A DNA stretch of 63,740 nt, filler included, from Choristocarpus tenellus KU-1152 (lineage: Eukaryota > Protista > Phaeophyceae), in assembly GCA_964200185.2 (NCBI GenBank). It is 12 parts of 12 records of this genome, joined end to end, with 100 filler letters (N's around TTAATTAATTAA, not from the genome) between each part and the next. Parts side by side here need not be neighbours in the genome. Positions count along the whole stretch, not along the records: positions 1 to 3,316 come from CAXNAD020020851.1; positions 3,417 to 7,273 come from CAXNAD020017540.1; positions 7,374 to 21,744 come from CAXNAD020001209.1; 9 more parts are not named here. One strand, given 5' to 3'. Below the pieces are notes generated by a model. The model was not told the DNA's origin, did not search any database, and saw only the letters and a program-made list of their open reading frames with translations. Position numbers and translations under genes: made by a program. This document shows positions 1-11,986 of the stretch, piece by piece. The first letter of the stretch is position 1. Each line of letters starts with the position of its first letter.

Positions 1-214
1 GAGGGGGGGGCATTCGTACCAACTAGTGTGTTTTCTATTGCTGGAAAAACGTGCGTGTACCACAACCAACATCTGCATGAACACACGATTTAACGTCTCA
101 CACCAGGTCTCATCTCGCACTTCTTTCAAGTAATTAGTTCGAAGTGTTTGGGTTAGAACATGTAGAGTTTTGTCATCAGGAAAAACTAGTTTGGTGTATT
201 TTTTTATTTGAGTA

Positions 215-471
215 CTCAAAGTATCCTAGAGGGTAGAACCGCGTCTATTGGGGGGCCAAAATCTAATGATGCGATTTCGACGTAATTTTGGCTACCATGT
301 TTGTTAGGAAGTGTCAATATCCTTGTTGCGGACTCACTTTTTCATAATGTATACATTTCACCTACCCCCAAAAATTTTGGAGCATGTAAAATGTCAATAA
401 AAACCCATGGAAAGACAAGCGCCAAATGGACAAACAGGGCAAAACTCATACCCTCTAAGATACTTTCACTC
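215..471 (+). mobile_element. MITE family A (~257 bp, Sola2-like non-autonomous element)
   Basis: TIRs AAAGTATCCTAGAGGGTA...TACCCTCTAAGATACTTT(CACTC). AGTA on both flanks (211-214 and 472-475). Seven copies or fragments in the window. Confidence 0.85.
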
Positions 472-1189
472 AGTAGATACTGTGCTGTTGTTGTCGGCAC
501 TATTAAAGCTGATTGAAAATAGAACAAGCAATGCGTTGACAGACACTGTATTCAACGGGGATTCCCGACAGGATGGGTAAAAACGTTCGTGTGTGTGACT
601 GGAAATGACAACATGTTGTCATATTCAGATTGTGAAAGAAATTATAGTATCGGGTATTAGGAGAAGAATACGATCGAGCCCCTCTCAACACACAAACATG
701 TTAAATTCTTCGAGATGAATTTTGTACCTCAACCAGGGTTTTTCCTAATCCATCCCATAATCCCAATGCTATGCGCCGCTGAAAGTAAGATATGAATGTT
801 AGTATCACTGCTACCAAGCGAAAACATTTGAAGGGAAGGATGTACCTAAAAAGAGGAGATGAAGGATGAGAAACCCCATTTGTTGATTACGAAGGAGTAT
901 ATAGGGTAAGATGAGGCATGACAATTAATATCCCGTCTGATGTTTAAATCGAAGTAAATGGGGTAAGATCGACTCTCACAACAATAGCCCATGTCTTGTG
1001 AAATACGATGTAAAACGGGTAAGATCAAGTAGCACAATGAATTCCATCTGCTGTTTAAAGCGAAGTAGGCGACGAAATTTCAATGTCTCAATAATCGTTG
1101 CTCGTGGAGCATGTGGGATGGGGATCATTACTAGAGAAGGCAAATACTTCATCACAGATGCGGTGTTCACCACATCCCTTTGGTCCCGA

Positions 1190-3166
1190 TTACATCGTAC
1201 TGACCTTTCGCTTCGTGTTGGTCTTGTCCGAAGACTCAGTGTGGTCTTCGTCGTCGTTGTCTTCGGTTGTTGTCCTCCTCGATATTGGGTTTGACTCCCC
1301 CGCCATGCAAGTGGCAAGGATGAAGTCATCGGTCATTAGATTCTTGGCTTTGAATACCGTGTACTTCGCCTTTATCCTCTCAATAATTTCATCCTTCGTT
1401 GTACCGTTGGGGGTCAAGAGCCCAAGACGAGATGACAGTGCCTTTAGGCGTATGGCAAGTTTAAGAACAGGTTTGTGTCCTGTGTTAGTGGGGTGGATGT
1501 AAGTGAAATGGTAAGAGTGATTTCTTCCCGAGAAATATGTGTGGGGTGAAGGTGTTTCACCGATACCACAAGAATAGAGAGATTCCCAACTGTAAGTAAT
1601 TCATACGCAAGGTGTCGTAGAGTTCTCCTTTTGTGTAGGCACATGTCACACACACTCACCTTGATCTCCTTCATTGTCTTTCCCGGTAGGTCCCCCTCTA
1701 CAATCGGGGTGTATGCGTGGACAAACTCATTCCATGTTGCCGTGGTACTGTGGGCGTTGATCAGTCAAGGGCACTTCCACATGGAGTGATTAGTCCAGTC
1801 GCAAGTCTCGCATGTTCCATCCACACAAGAGTTTGATAACCACCTTCTGAACCGCCCGTGGATTGCGCACCGAGGGCCTCGAGGGTGGTCCTCTCACACC
1901 TTGGCAGTCGTATTGGGATCATTGTTGGGGGGTTCGGTCAACGTCCCGAGTAGGATACATTAAAATGCTACTATGTGTGTTTGAATGGTACATGGGCAAG
2001 TTGGCCAACGTTGGGCATGTACCACAACCGGTATGAATGGGAGAAGTAATTTCGTTTGGGGGTTTGTGCGTGTGTGGGAGGGCGGTATGTGCATGTGGTA
2101 TTCATATTGTACGAGGTTTTCGTAATAGTTGGAGGTTGTAGTTTAAGGTTCGCGGGCCAGGATAAGATTACTACTTACAACAGGAAGTCCCTCATATTCA
2201 TAGCGCTTTCCAGTGCAGTCTCCACATGTTCATAGCCGCACCCCATGCCATTGTCACAGAACTCGCAGGTACAGGCGCAAGTGCGTTTGCCATCGTCGCC
2301 AACCAACGTCCGACAGTGTACTTTGTTCCAGTTTTCCCTCAGGCATTGGACCAACAGGTCGGTGGTCATATGGTGCACGCAAACGCATGTCCTGTGTTAA
2401 ACGCGTGGAGAAACGTAAGGGTTGAGCAGGGTGTTGATACAATTGTTGTTCACTGTGCAATGGAGGAAATATCGATATGTATGTGCGTCGCACTAGAGTT
2501 TGGCGGTTGGTATACATGGTAAGTGTTGAGCATTGGTGCGGTTATATGTTTTGTATGCGTCTGTTTGGAGCAAACAGTGTCTCAAGCGGTGTTGTGTTTC
2601 CCAACGCACTTTTGAGTTCCCTTGGTGATGTAGAAGGGTCTCCACTTAACGAACGTGGAAAGGCACGGTATCGGCCCATCTGTTGTCTCTATCTCGAACC
2701 TCTCTTTGAAGTTTGCGTAAACATCGTCGTTCGTTCCGATCTGTACTCTGTTTTAAGCGTTTGCACAGGGGGGGGGGGAATAAAATATGAATGTCGTCTC
2801 ATGCTTATGTTTGAAATTGTGTTGCGAGGGGAGAGTGTGTACACAAAATGTCCGGGTGAATGAGGATATTGCGGGTAGGAACTGCACAAGTGTTATTGCT
2901 TTCGTACAATGTTGGAATTGCATTACCTCTGGGCGTGTTGCTGACACAGTGCATCTGGGTGGGACACCCTTTTGTTGGCGTTAGGGCCCAAGGAATGCAT
3001 TCCCTCAGTGGGATCGTGCCAAGTGATCGGGTCGTGGGGCAGGGTCGTGCTGTTGCTCTCCCAGACGGTTAGGCCAAGGACGTGCGTTTCAGGGTGCTGC
3101 ACATCGAACCGTCGCGAGGAACTGTCTCTTGTGGTGTCGAATATCCTTGCCCTGTCCTTCTTCAGC
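1190..3166 (-). pseudogene. Spliced, internally deleted Sola2-like DNA transposase relic
   Basis: Phase-compatible exons 3166-2927, 2747-2610, 2391-2179 and ~1960-1660 give ...CQQHAQRVQIGTNDDVYANFKERF...STFVKWRPFYITKGTQKTCVCVHH...CACTCEFC...FLLC...CVDGTCETCDW...WKCP*L...ATWNEF...GKTMKEIK. Two in-frame TGA and one damaged acceptor. A later segment (~1480-1190) reads LKALSSRLGLLTPNGTTKDEIIERI, which is SAP-like. No DDE core seen. Confidence 0.65.
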
Positions 3167-3316
3167 CTAACAATCACGACCGATAAGAAGGAGTGAGATT
3201 AGATGAAGTGTTGGGAGTTCGTTGTATATTTTTTTGTGTGGGGGGGGGGGGGTAGAAATTTGTTGTTAAAGCTTTTATAGTTTGGGGTTTTGTTTTTGAA
3301 CCCTGGGAAGATGAAA

Positions 3317-3416
3317 NNNNNNNNNNNNNNNNNNNNNNNNNNNNNNNNNNNNNNNNNNNNTTAATTAATTAANNNNNNNNNNNNNNNNNNNNNNNNNNNN
3401 NNNNNNNNNNNNNNNN
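3317..3416. other. Artificial contig linker (N44-TTAATTAATTAA-N44), first of 11
   Basis: Identical 100-nt spacer with stops in all six frames at 3317-3416, 7274-7373, 21745-21844, 25900-25999, 29895-29994, 33385-33484, 37325-37424, 44418-44517, 49980-50079, 57288-57387 and 60506-60605. A separate 10-N gap lies at 54056-54065. Confidence 0.98.
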
Positions 3417-3454
3417 AACAAGGAAAACTCGTACCCTCTAAGATACTTTCACTC
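3417..3454 (+). mobile_element. MITE family A, right end
   Basis: GTACCCTCTAAGATACTTTCACTC at the contig start. Confidence 0.8.
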
Positions 3455-3457
3455 TTA

Positions 3458-3616
3458 AGAGGGGGGTCTACAGCAGGGTGTCCATTTGGGGCCCTGACCA
3501 AGAAAAGTGCACTTACATTATCCATCCAATGCATGCAACCAAATCACACAATGATCGCGACACGGAAAAATGGGCCCCAAATGGACAGCCACCACTCCCC
3601 CCAGATACTTTGAGTC
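3458..3616 (-). mobile_element. MITE family B (~175 bp), one terminus missing
   Basis: Reverse complement of 29707-29882. Ends CCCCCCAGATACTTTGAGTC. Confidence 0.8.
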
Positions 3617-4145
3617 GCTCAGCTCCCCACGTGCTTCACCTTTCAACTCCCTTGCAGTGCCTTGTTTTACACACTGAACGCATACCTCAATTTATCCAAG
3701 CATATCACACACGTTTGCCTACGGAGCTAAGACAATTTGTGATCTCAATCCTCTCAATTAGAAAAAACAAGCTTGAAACGAATTCTTGTAATCAGTTGAT
3801 TGCTTTAGTAGAGGTCACCCCCCTCTCCCCTCGCCAACATGTGCTTGCCTCCATGTTACTTTGTCGTATGTGTACAAAATTGTACTTGAGTGCAAAAATC
3901 TACTTTGTACTGATGTAATGCACATCACCAAAAATGTATCATATACGAGATCAAGCAAAGAGTAAAATCATTTTGTGGTGGGGAAAAATCTAGATTTTTT
4001 ATTATTCAGGGAGTTAGTAGTATAGGGATTGATTCTGAATGAGACGTTCTCAGAGTAAAAAATACTTCAAGCGTATGTCCTTTATCCTCGACAATTTCTC
4101 TTCTCCAAAAAAAAGACTTTCATACAGTATAAAACAGGCACTTAC

Positions 4146-4329
4146 TCTATAAATGAATGCTTATGTTGAAGTGTCAGGGCGCCAAAGCTCTCTGCACAAT
4201 GAGGCAATCACGATCACCGGACTGAACTCTTCCACCTCTATAAATTAATACTTATGTTGAAGTGTCAAGGCGCCAAAGCTCTCTGCACAATGAGGCAATC
4301 ACGATCACCGGACTGAACTCTTCCACCTC
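4146..4329. repeat. 91-bp tandem duplication
   Basis: CTCTATAAAT...CTTATGTTGAAGTGTC...GACTGAACTCTTCCACCTC occurs twice, nearly identical. Confidence 0.9.
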
Positions 4330-4747
4330 AGAGGGCGAGACCGAGTTTCAAAGGTCTTGGTCCAAAATTTCACAACAGTTGAGGAAATCCAGAATAGAAA
4401 AAAAAACTCAAAACACAACAGATGTCCCAGAATGAATGAGCAACGTCACATCAGAGAAATCGAATGGTCAGAATTGGAATGTCTCTTCGTTCTGACAGTC
4501 CTTTTGACTGTTTGGTCAAATCCGGATCTTATGGTTTTGGTTGGTTTATTGGGCTTGTCAGTATGGGTGAGTTCCAATGATGTGTGGTTGGCACCCGCAA
4601 ATGTGTATGACCGCGCGTCTTATTCACAAATGTGTGTGTCAAAGATCCCAAAAAAGGAACCTGTCCCTAACACTTATGCAGTTAGTAATTAAATATAACG
4701 TAATTTTTGGAAGGTCTGTTCTCCCTCAAGAACAACCCACGTCATCT

Positions 4748-6663
4748 GGTGGTACCAGTAGCTTCGCCCTCTGGGGTTGTCCCGTCATAACTTTTGATGT
4801 AGACATCGAATAAAATAAAATAAAAGCATATTCGTGATGCCTGTCACAAGGCCCTCCAGAGTACAGGCTTCGTTTTTTTCGCTATTTTTTTCTTTTTTCA
4901 AAGAAAGAGCGGTCATATTGGGGTTCGAACCCTGGATTGTAGATGACCAAGAGTGGCAACAGATCCACTATTACTTGATTGAAGTATAGGATTTAGGCGG
5001 GAAAAAAGTCTCCCCATCCTTTCTTCCTGTGTGCTCGTGCACCCACTCTTTGACCTCGGCAAGGATGTCCTCGTCGAAGCCCAGAACGAAACGCCTCTCG
5101 TAGCACCCTTGCTCCGACACCTTGATACAGCCCTTAGTTAGGAAGCCTCTCTCCCATTTACTCACAGTCTCCAGTCTGACCATCGCATATCCTGCTGCCA
5201 TCTCGAGCACCGTTTGACGATCTTTCCCGTCGTTCATACACAAGTACAGGATTCGCAATGCTAGAGCCTTAACTATCACATTTCCTCATTGAGCGCCAGA
5301 AATGGGCATTGTCCGTGTTTCCTGGACGGGTGATACTTCTTTTCATCAAGGCGCAAGGGCGAAGGAGGACAGGCTTGAGTTGATCGAAAATTGTGTTGAT
5401 TTCTCGTATGATGAATGCAGACTGAGAGAAAGCCTTAATCAACTTTATACGTCAAACCCAAAGGCCAGGAACAAAAGTGAACGTACGGCATATTGCAAGA
5501 AGTGGGAGACACCAAACTATCGGTGTGCAAATAAAAAAAAATCTCACCTCCTCTTCTTCCCTGGCATCCTTATCGATGGCTACCTCCACCTGCTTCGCGA
5601 CCTCTTCTAAGTAAAGGATTTGGTGGTATCGAAAAGTCTCCACAGCTGCCTATGTTACGATCGCTTTCTCCTCCGCCTTGCAAGCCCCTTCAACCTTCTT
5701 TCGGGATTCAGAGACCTTGTAGCCCAACCCTAACACCTTCTCTCTCGTTTCCTTAAGCCACTCCGGCTCACATAGCTTCCAAACAGGGCTTTCTGCAACT
5801 GTCGACTACTAAGATATTCTGCACCTGGCTTTTTGCTTAGGCCTTTCCTGAGCGCAATGGCACGCAGCCGCACTGCTCTCTTCCCCAACCTTTACCTCGG
5901 GTGGCTACTCTGATTCTCCCTTTGCCCGCCATGACCAGGCTTCCCCACAGACTTCGTCACCGCAAAACCTGGTGATGGACTCGCCGCTCTCTTCCTGCTT
6001 TCCCAACACGGCAGAGACTGCAGAGCAGTGATCCGCATCGGTTGAAGATCCAACCACGTTTGTGTGGTAATGCTTTCCATGCATCTTCTCTCAGCGTCAG
6101 TGTCATGGCTGTGTGATCCATTGCGCGATTTGATCATGATGCTGCACTGAGTATCACACGGTACTTGTTTTTCTGTCGCCTCTTGACAGAGAAGGAGCAG
6201 AGGGTAGATCCAGTGGGAAGAGTGCCTCGGCGGCTCTCCTTGTCTCACTGTCATGGTTCATGTTGCTGTGTAAGTCACGTGTGTGTGTGTTCACAGAAAG
6301 TTTACAAAAGGCGTTAAAAAAATCTCCGGAAATCTTGTTTTTTTCACTATTTCCACACCAGACAAAATTCAACAGCGACCTAACCCAGATCAGTTTATTG
6401 GAAGAAGTTCAGTCAACCACTTCATTTTGTCCGTTTTGAAGCCGTGACCTTCAAAATTACACCGGAGATGTTCCCCTGCATTTTTTCCATTATCTGATCG
6501 CGAAATAGTTCCCATTCCCCGAAGCCTGGACATTCGTGCATACAACACTTCAAACGCTCTTGTCATACCTGCTTATTTGATATATGCAATTTTGTAAGAC
6601 TGTTATGGAAACCTGGTGATAAAAAGCAAGATTGCCACAGAGAGTGAAGCTACTGGTACCACC
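4748..6663 (-). mobile_element. 1.9-kb TIR DNA transposon relic (family F) with N-terminal transposase-like fragment
   Basis: 29-bp TIR (26/29 match) GGTGGTACCAGTAGCTTC at 4748-4776 and 6635-6663. ORF 4971-5279 (ETVSKWERGFL...GCYERRFVLGFDEDILAEVKEWV) looks HTH/transposase-like. Second copy at 21845-23044. Confidence 0.75.
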
Positions 6664-7373
6664 TTACATTCTCTATACAAAGCTTAGTTCTCATATGGAT
6701 TGGGAAGCGTGCAAATTTTGAGATAGTGGTATGTCATGACGGTGGAGGATCACCAGTGTAAGGTCGATCAAGTCGCATTTGACAGGGTTCAAAGACCTGT
6801 TGAAACTGTCTTGGCAGGTGTTTATTGTGATGCCTAGGATGAAGGCCCTCCGTCATTCGAGCTGCTCGCTCATCCTGTCGTCACCCGTCAAACCCAATTC
6901 TTCACCCCATAAACAGCGGATCATGATAATGGCGGATGGATCATTTCATGGAGGATGGGTTTGACCGAAATGGCGCGCGGAAAGTGCCCATATTTTTTTT
7001 TTGTAAATGTCATAAACCTTTTTAGGGCCCCTTTTTGAATGGTATGTACGGAAGGGAATGAATTGAAATGAGGACTGAAGGATGGAGGCGTTGCTTTATT
7101 TCATCTGGTCGGTCTGTCTTCAAAACTCAGATTCGTCTTTCCGTTGAGAATTGTGTTACAATAAATACGAGTATCGACCAGCATACGATTTCATACTGAA
7201 AATAGAGAGAGAGTAGATGATTTTTTGTGACCTTTTCGTGTTCGTACGTTTCAAACATGTTGCATCAATGAACNNNNNNNNNNNNNNNNNNNNNNNNNNN
7301 NNNNNNNNNNNNNNNNNTTAATTAATTAANNNNNNNNNNNNNNNNNNNNNNNNNNNNNNNNNNNNNNNNNNNN

Positions 7374-7440
7374 TCTATGAAACTCGATGTCCCACTCCCC
7401 TCCCCTCCCCTCCCCTCCCCCCCCCACAGATACTTTGGCT
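7374..7440 (-). mobile_element. Terminus of an A/B/C-group element
   Basis: Poly-C tract followed by ACAGATACTTTGGCT at the contig start. Confidence 0.6.
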
Positions 7441-7519
7441 GAGAACCGAAGTAATTAGAGGTATCCTGGGCTGCATTTTAAGGATGCTGGCGAAGTGCAA
7501 AATTCGACTCCTTTTACAA

Positions 7520-7720
7520 ATAGGTGTAAGGATTTTTCTGAATCTTTCGAAAATGTGTAGACAACAGAGAATCAAATGCTCTCATCAAGTTACTCTGAGC
7601 ACTTCATCCATAGAAAAAGGGGTGAATTGCGAAAAATGAAGTGACTTGAGATGCAAAACGGCCAAAATCTAGGCACCTCTTATCTACCTTGGCTCACATG
7701 TATAGATCCCTTGGAAAATA
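7520..7720. repeat. Old dispersed repeat (family H)
   Basis: Aligns by eye with the reverse complement of ~28230-28410. Shared blocks include CAA(C/T)AGAGAA, AGCACTT..CCATAGAAA and ATGCAAAACG.CCAAAA.CTAG..ACCTCT. Confidence 0.55.
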
Positions 7721-8111
7721 TCTGGAATTCTGTCAAGTGAAAAAATCGGAGGTTGGCGGAGTGGTGGTGTAGTCGCATGCCCGAAAGCTACAATAAATCC
7801 CACATACACCATCAACAGATGCTTCTTAGTCATACCGTACCACCGACTAAACCGAAAACCCTATTTTTAACACTGATTGGTTGAGATTGTATCATTTCGA
7901 AGAGTCAAACCAATCAAGAGGCAGGCAGGTCTTCCACCCTAGTGCATTCTAAGTCATCTTTGTTACTCTGTGCAATGCGAACTATTGTAATTGCTTTCTG
8001 TGCATGATAGTATATGAAAATTGATGTTCCCCCTTTGCCACACATTGTGACACCACAATCAGGCCAAGCCTCTTTTGGCCATCGCACAAAATGGTATGTT
8101 TTTTGCCCTTT

Positions 8112-8177
8112 AACAGCCGATTTCAAAAATTGAGGATGGAGCTTTTCATTGAGGATGGGCTTGTCCCAAAATTGACA
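8112..8177 (+). mobile_element. MITE family E, left arm only
   Basis: AACAGCCGATTTCAAAAATTGAGGATGGAGCTTTTCATTGAGGATGGGCTTG, as in 31455-31602. Confidence 0.8.
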
Positions 8178-9830
8178 ACGTCCCCGCCTTGACCTGCTCT
8201 TGGCGCAAGGTAGACACTACTGAAGGTTGTGATCAACCTTACACCCTCAGAAAGTGCAACGGAGCTCACTTTTGTTATCTCAGTAGGGCAGAGCACATCC
8301 GAGTCTCAATAGCTGATACCATGCTCTTTTATCAACTAACTGTACAATAGGGACAAAAGTCGAAAGTAAAGTTCAGGTTAAAAGAGGAACAGAGCCTTTG
8401 CCAGTTTACGACCATAATTCTCCAGCAGTACCAGAGGGAATGGGGGGTGGGCTGCGCCTCGGAAATTAAAATACGTTCTATGTACAAATATGCCAAGTGA
8501 CTAAATATATCTTGAAATCATGGAGTAAAAAGTGAATCCCATCCTAGGGTCATGCCATTCAACATTAAAAAATGACATCCCTGGACCTCATTATCCCAGT
8601 TCATCCTGGGATATCCAGTACATACTCTGGAGTACCTGTGAGAGGAGGGGGGGGGCAGTCTGAAGACAATTTGGACTAGGAGTCTATAGTTTACCCTTCT
8701 AGCTGAAGTCACAGTCGTGTTGTACGGAGTACAACACAATAAGCAGTCAAATTACCATATTAAATTGTGCCCATATAATGTTGTTCACATTACCCTTCAG
8801 GTCCCCTCGAGGTCAAGTCCTGGCAAGATTCCTCTATTGGTCGATGTTTTCCCAAAGCAAGAAGGGACATGTTGTGTGCCAGTCACCCTGACACTACATC
8901 CCAGCTCCTATGTGACACCGAAAGTTGTTCCACATCTTCATGATTCTTCGCAACTTCCGACCTTATGGACCTGGCGAAGGGCAGAACCATAATTTGCTCT
9001 CTTTCTCAGGATCTTCTGGTGCACTTCACACATTTTCGTGGCATACCATTATGTAGTGGTTATATTGATTACCTGAGCATCCGGCATGATATCCAGCGGG
9101 TCTGTTGGGATTCAATACACCAAGCCGTGCTTGCTGTGCCTTACTCACGGTGTCAAATGCAGGTTGATCGTGGCATTTGGTCAGTGGGATGTGACAATTG
9201 GAACAAATCTTGACACATAGTTCTTACAGCGGTGCAATCATTTGAAGAAATCGTAGTCAATAATCATACACTTGCTTGTTATTACGACTAAGAAAAAGAG
9301 CTTTCAACCTGCGCGTATCGATTGGTATGAATTCGTTCAATATACAAATATGACAAAATACGTACTCTTCCTTTTGTTGACACACGTCTCAAACCATTTG
9401 TGTTCATGTCCTCCATCTAGCGCAAAATGGATCTGATCGCAAAAAGTTATTTCCGCAGTTGCAAACCTCAGCTTGCACAAACAGCACTAACTACAATCAA
9501 TACTACGGCAACCGTTGCCGAACGAGTGGCAACCAAACAAAATCGAATTATGCCACCACTGCTGTTTTGCGTCTCACTTCTACAAAACATTCAGAAGACG
9601 ATTTGTCTTATCTATCTATCTATCAACTGCCCTACCAATCTAAAACACTAACTTCCAATCGTCATGCCAACATAACATGGTTCATTACGAGCCATCCTAT
9701 TTATTTTTTGGGGGTGTTACTTCCAACCTCGTTGCTTGACTTCCATCATAAAAAAAAAGTGCTACATTTAACATTTAAATAATGCCACAATCGTACCCTG
9801 AAAACAAGGAAAATACTCCTGAAGTTGAAC

Positions 9831-10180
9831 TATTTTATTATCATGCCCTCTGACATTTTACAGATGTGTCAGGGAGGAAACAAATGAAAACTATGCATAC
9901 GTCGTTCTGTTAAAGCGCGCCCCAGAACTCACCTCTACAGGATGTGTAACTCAAATCTAATGACCTTAAAACGACGCTATGGGGACTTTGCCCTTGGTAA
10001 CAGTTTGTAGGGTGTCAGATAGCCTTCTCTATTGCTTGATGTTCCACTCAGTGCTTAGCTCAAAGCTCGATTCAGAGTTTCGTTCAAGATAAAAAAGACT
10101 GGCTAAGACATATATATAGTTTTCATTTGTTTCCCCCCTGACACATCTACAAAATGTCAGAGGGCATAATAATAAAAATA
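9831..10180. mobile_element. Head-to-head pair of RLE-LINE 3' ends (pseudo-MITE)
   Basis: ~75-bp inverted arms. Each arm is the 3' UTR end of the LINE at 28963-29894, with the A-rich tails pointing outward. Confidence 0.75.
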
Positions 10181-11986
10181 GTTACGTTTCCTTAGTCAGT
10201 ATCCACATCTCCTTATACTGATCTGTACGGTATTTGATCATAGCTTGCCGTACAGATCCTTGGATCGGTAGACTGTATGCACCATACAAACTCGGTACGT
10301 CACAACCCATGTAACACATAGATAGGTAGGTGTTGACTCAGACCTAGATATGATCCTTTTTTTTTATTACAAGTAATCCTGGTATCTTATTTATTAGTTG
10401 TAAGGTGTCGCTGCCATGTGAGACCCCGACCTCTCTCTGCAGTAATTGTAGATCAATGCACACCTGGATGGGATGAATTCAGAGTTAATACATCCACAAC
10501 CTTCATCACAACAGAGACAAGCCTCTACTCATAACACGCATCACTATCCTACACTACGGCACTGAATAGTACTGTATAGTATCAACGACTCTTCACAAAC
10601 CACACCACAAGACTAAGCATATTGAATCGCATCAGTGCTTCAGTCCACTGGGACACCTCTTCGCATGAACGGGAACAGCAACCAAGAAATCCTTAATTCG
10701 TAGCTCATTCGTCTTGTGGAAGGAGTTCTTCAAATAAATGCAGGTCATGGTTCACCAATATGAAATTTCTGGACCCCAACCGTGCGTATCTCAATTTTTT
10801 TGTTCAGAACGATGTCCATTTGGTTTGGTACATGATTAAGAAAACATATTAGTGTCACAGAATGCAGGTACCATATGCATCATCCCTTGACCCTATACTA
10901 GGTCAGAATTGCGACTCAGAAATGTTGACCAAATCAAATTTGGATGAGTGGAATCAAGGCCAGAAAGTTTGGACCGCACCATACCCTACTGACTAAGACA
11001 AGTGAGGTGATTGGTACCCTCGAATTAGGAGTTGATGAGGATGGTCCTGAACAAGAAGAAATAGTCCTTCACTCTATGTTGATCTTGATACCTTTCTTAC
11101 ATATACCTATGTAGTAGTAGCAGGGTGTTTTTCACCAAACCCAGCTGGGTCTGCATCATGTATCTACATTTTGTCTTTTCACTGATTTGCACATTCTCAT
11201 TCCACGTAACAAAGGTCTTGTTGAGTGAGGCATAACCCTAAATGGATTGCCACATGTAGCTTATGAACTGTGCTTCACAGGACCACCGAACACATGTAAA
11301 AGCCTAGAATAACATAATTTTACTACTCAAACCATGATACATGTATCGAGAGGAGTGGTAGAGTAGAGATTTACCTCAAAAATATATATATGTGTATGTA
11401 ACATTTGGAAATATTTCTGTGTGGAACAAAACGGTTAAATGCAGTCATCAAGCTCTTTCCACATGCCATTTCTTGCAAGCAACAAATGAAATCAGACAAA
11501 TCACCATCGTGACTCATTAACAACAAAAAACACTGCTAACAGTAACCCAATTGATCTAATGAAGCAACGTATAAACATATTCCACAGATCAAGCATTGCA
11601 GAAGACAGATAATCCACAACTTTTTGTAAGGAAAAAAAAATTATTACTGTGCAATCATAGTGCTAAAAAAAAATCAATTTCTCAAATAGTAGTCAGGACA
11701 GCACCTGAGGAAAAGGCAATAGCTTTGATACCAAGGGACTCCATAAAGCTCACCACTGAATCAACATGACAAACATAAAGAGGCGACAAATGGAGAAACC
11801 ATGCTGGCCAACACAACATACACCAAGTCCGACATAGAAATACATCCTGTATGACCTTCCACCATGACAGGACAAATCATGCATGGCAGGCACACTCCCC
11901 CTTCCCCTGTTCCCCATTCATGTCTATACAATGTTTATGAGAACATTAACACCTGCCAGTCTTAACCAAAGCAACACTCATAGAGG

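Noticed and set aside
500-3200. Endogenous giant-virus gene cluster or SWIM-finger gene
   Set aside because: The short ORFs splice into one Cys-rich transposase-like product, and no viral hallmark was seen.
3361-3372. Recurrent TTAATTAATTAA motif
   Set aside because: Artificial linker inside N runs; not biological.
9831-10180. Tc1/mariner-type MITE with long TIRs and TA TSD
   Set aside because: The arms are LINE 3' ends that also occur solo with long TSDs and attached to an RLE ORF, and the middles differ between pairs.
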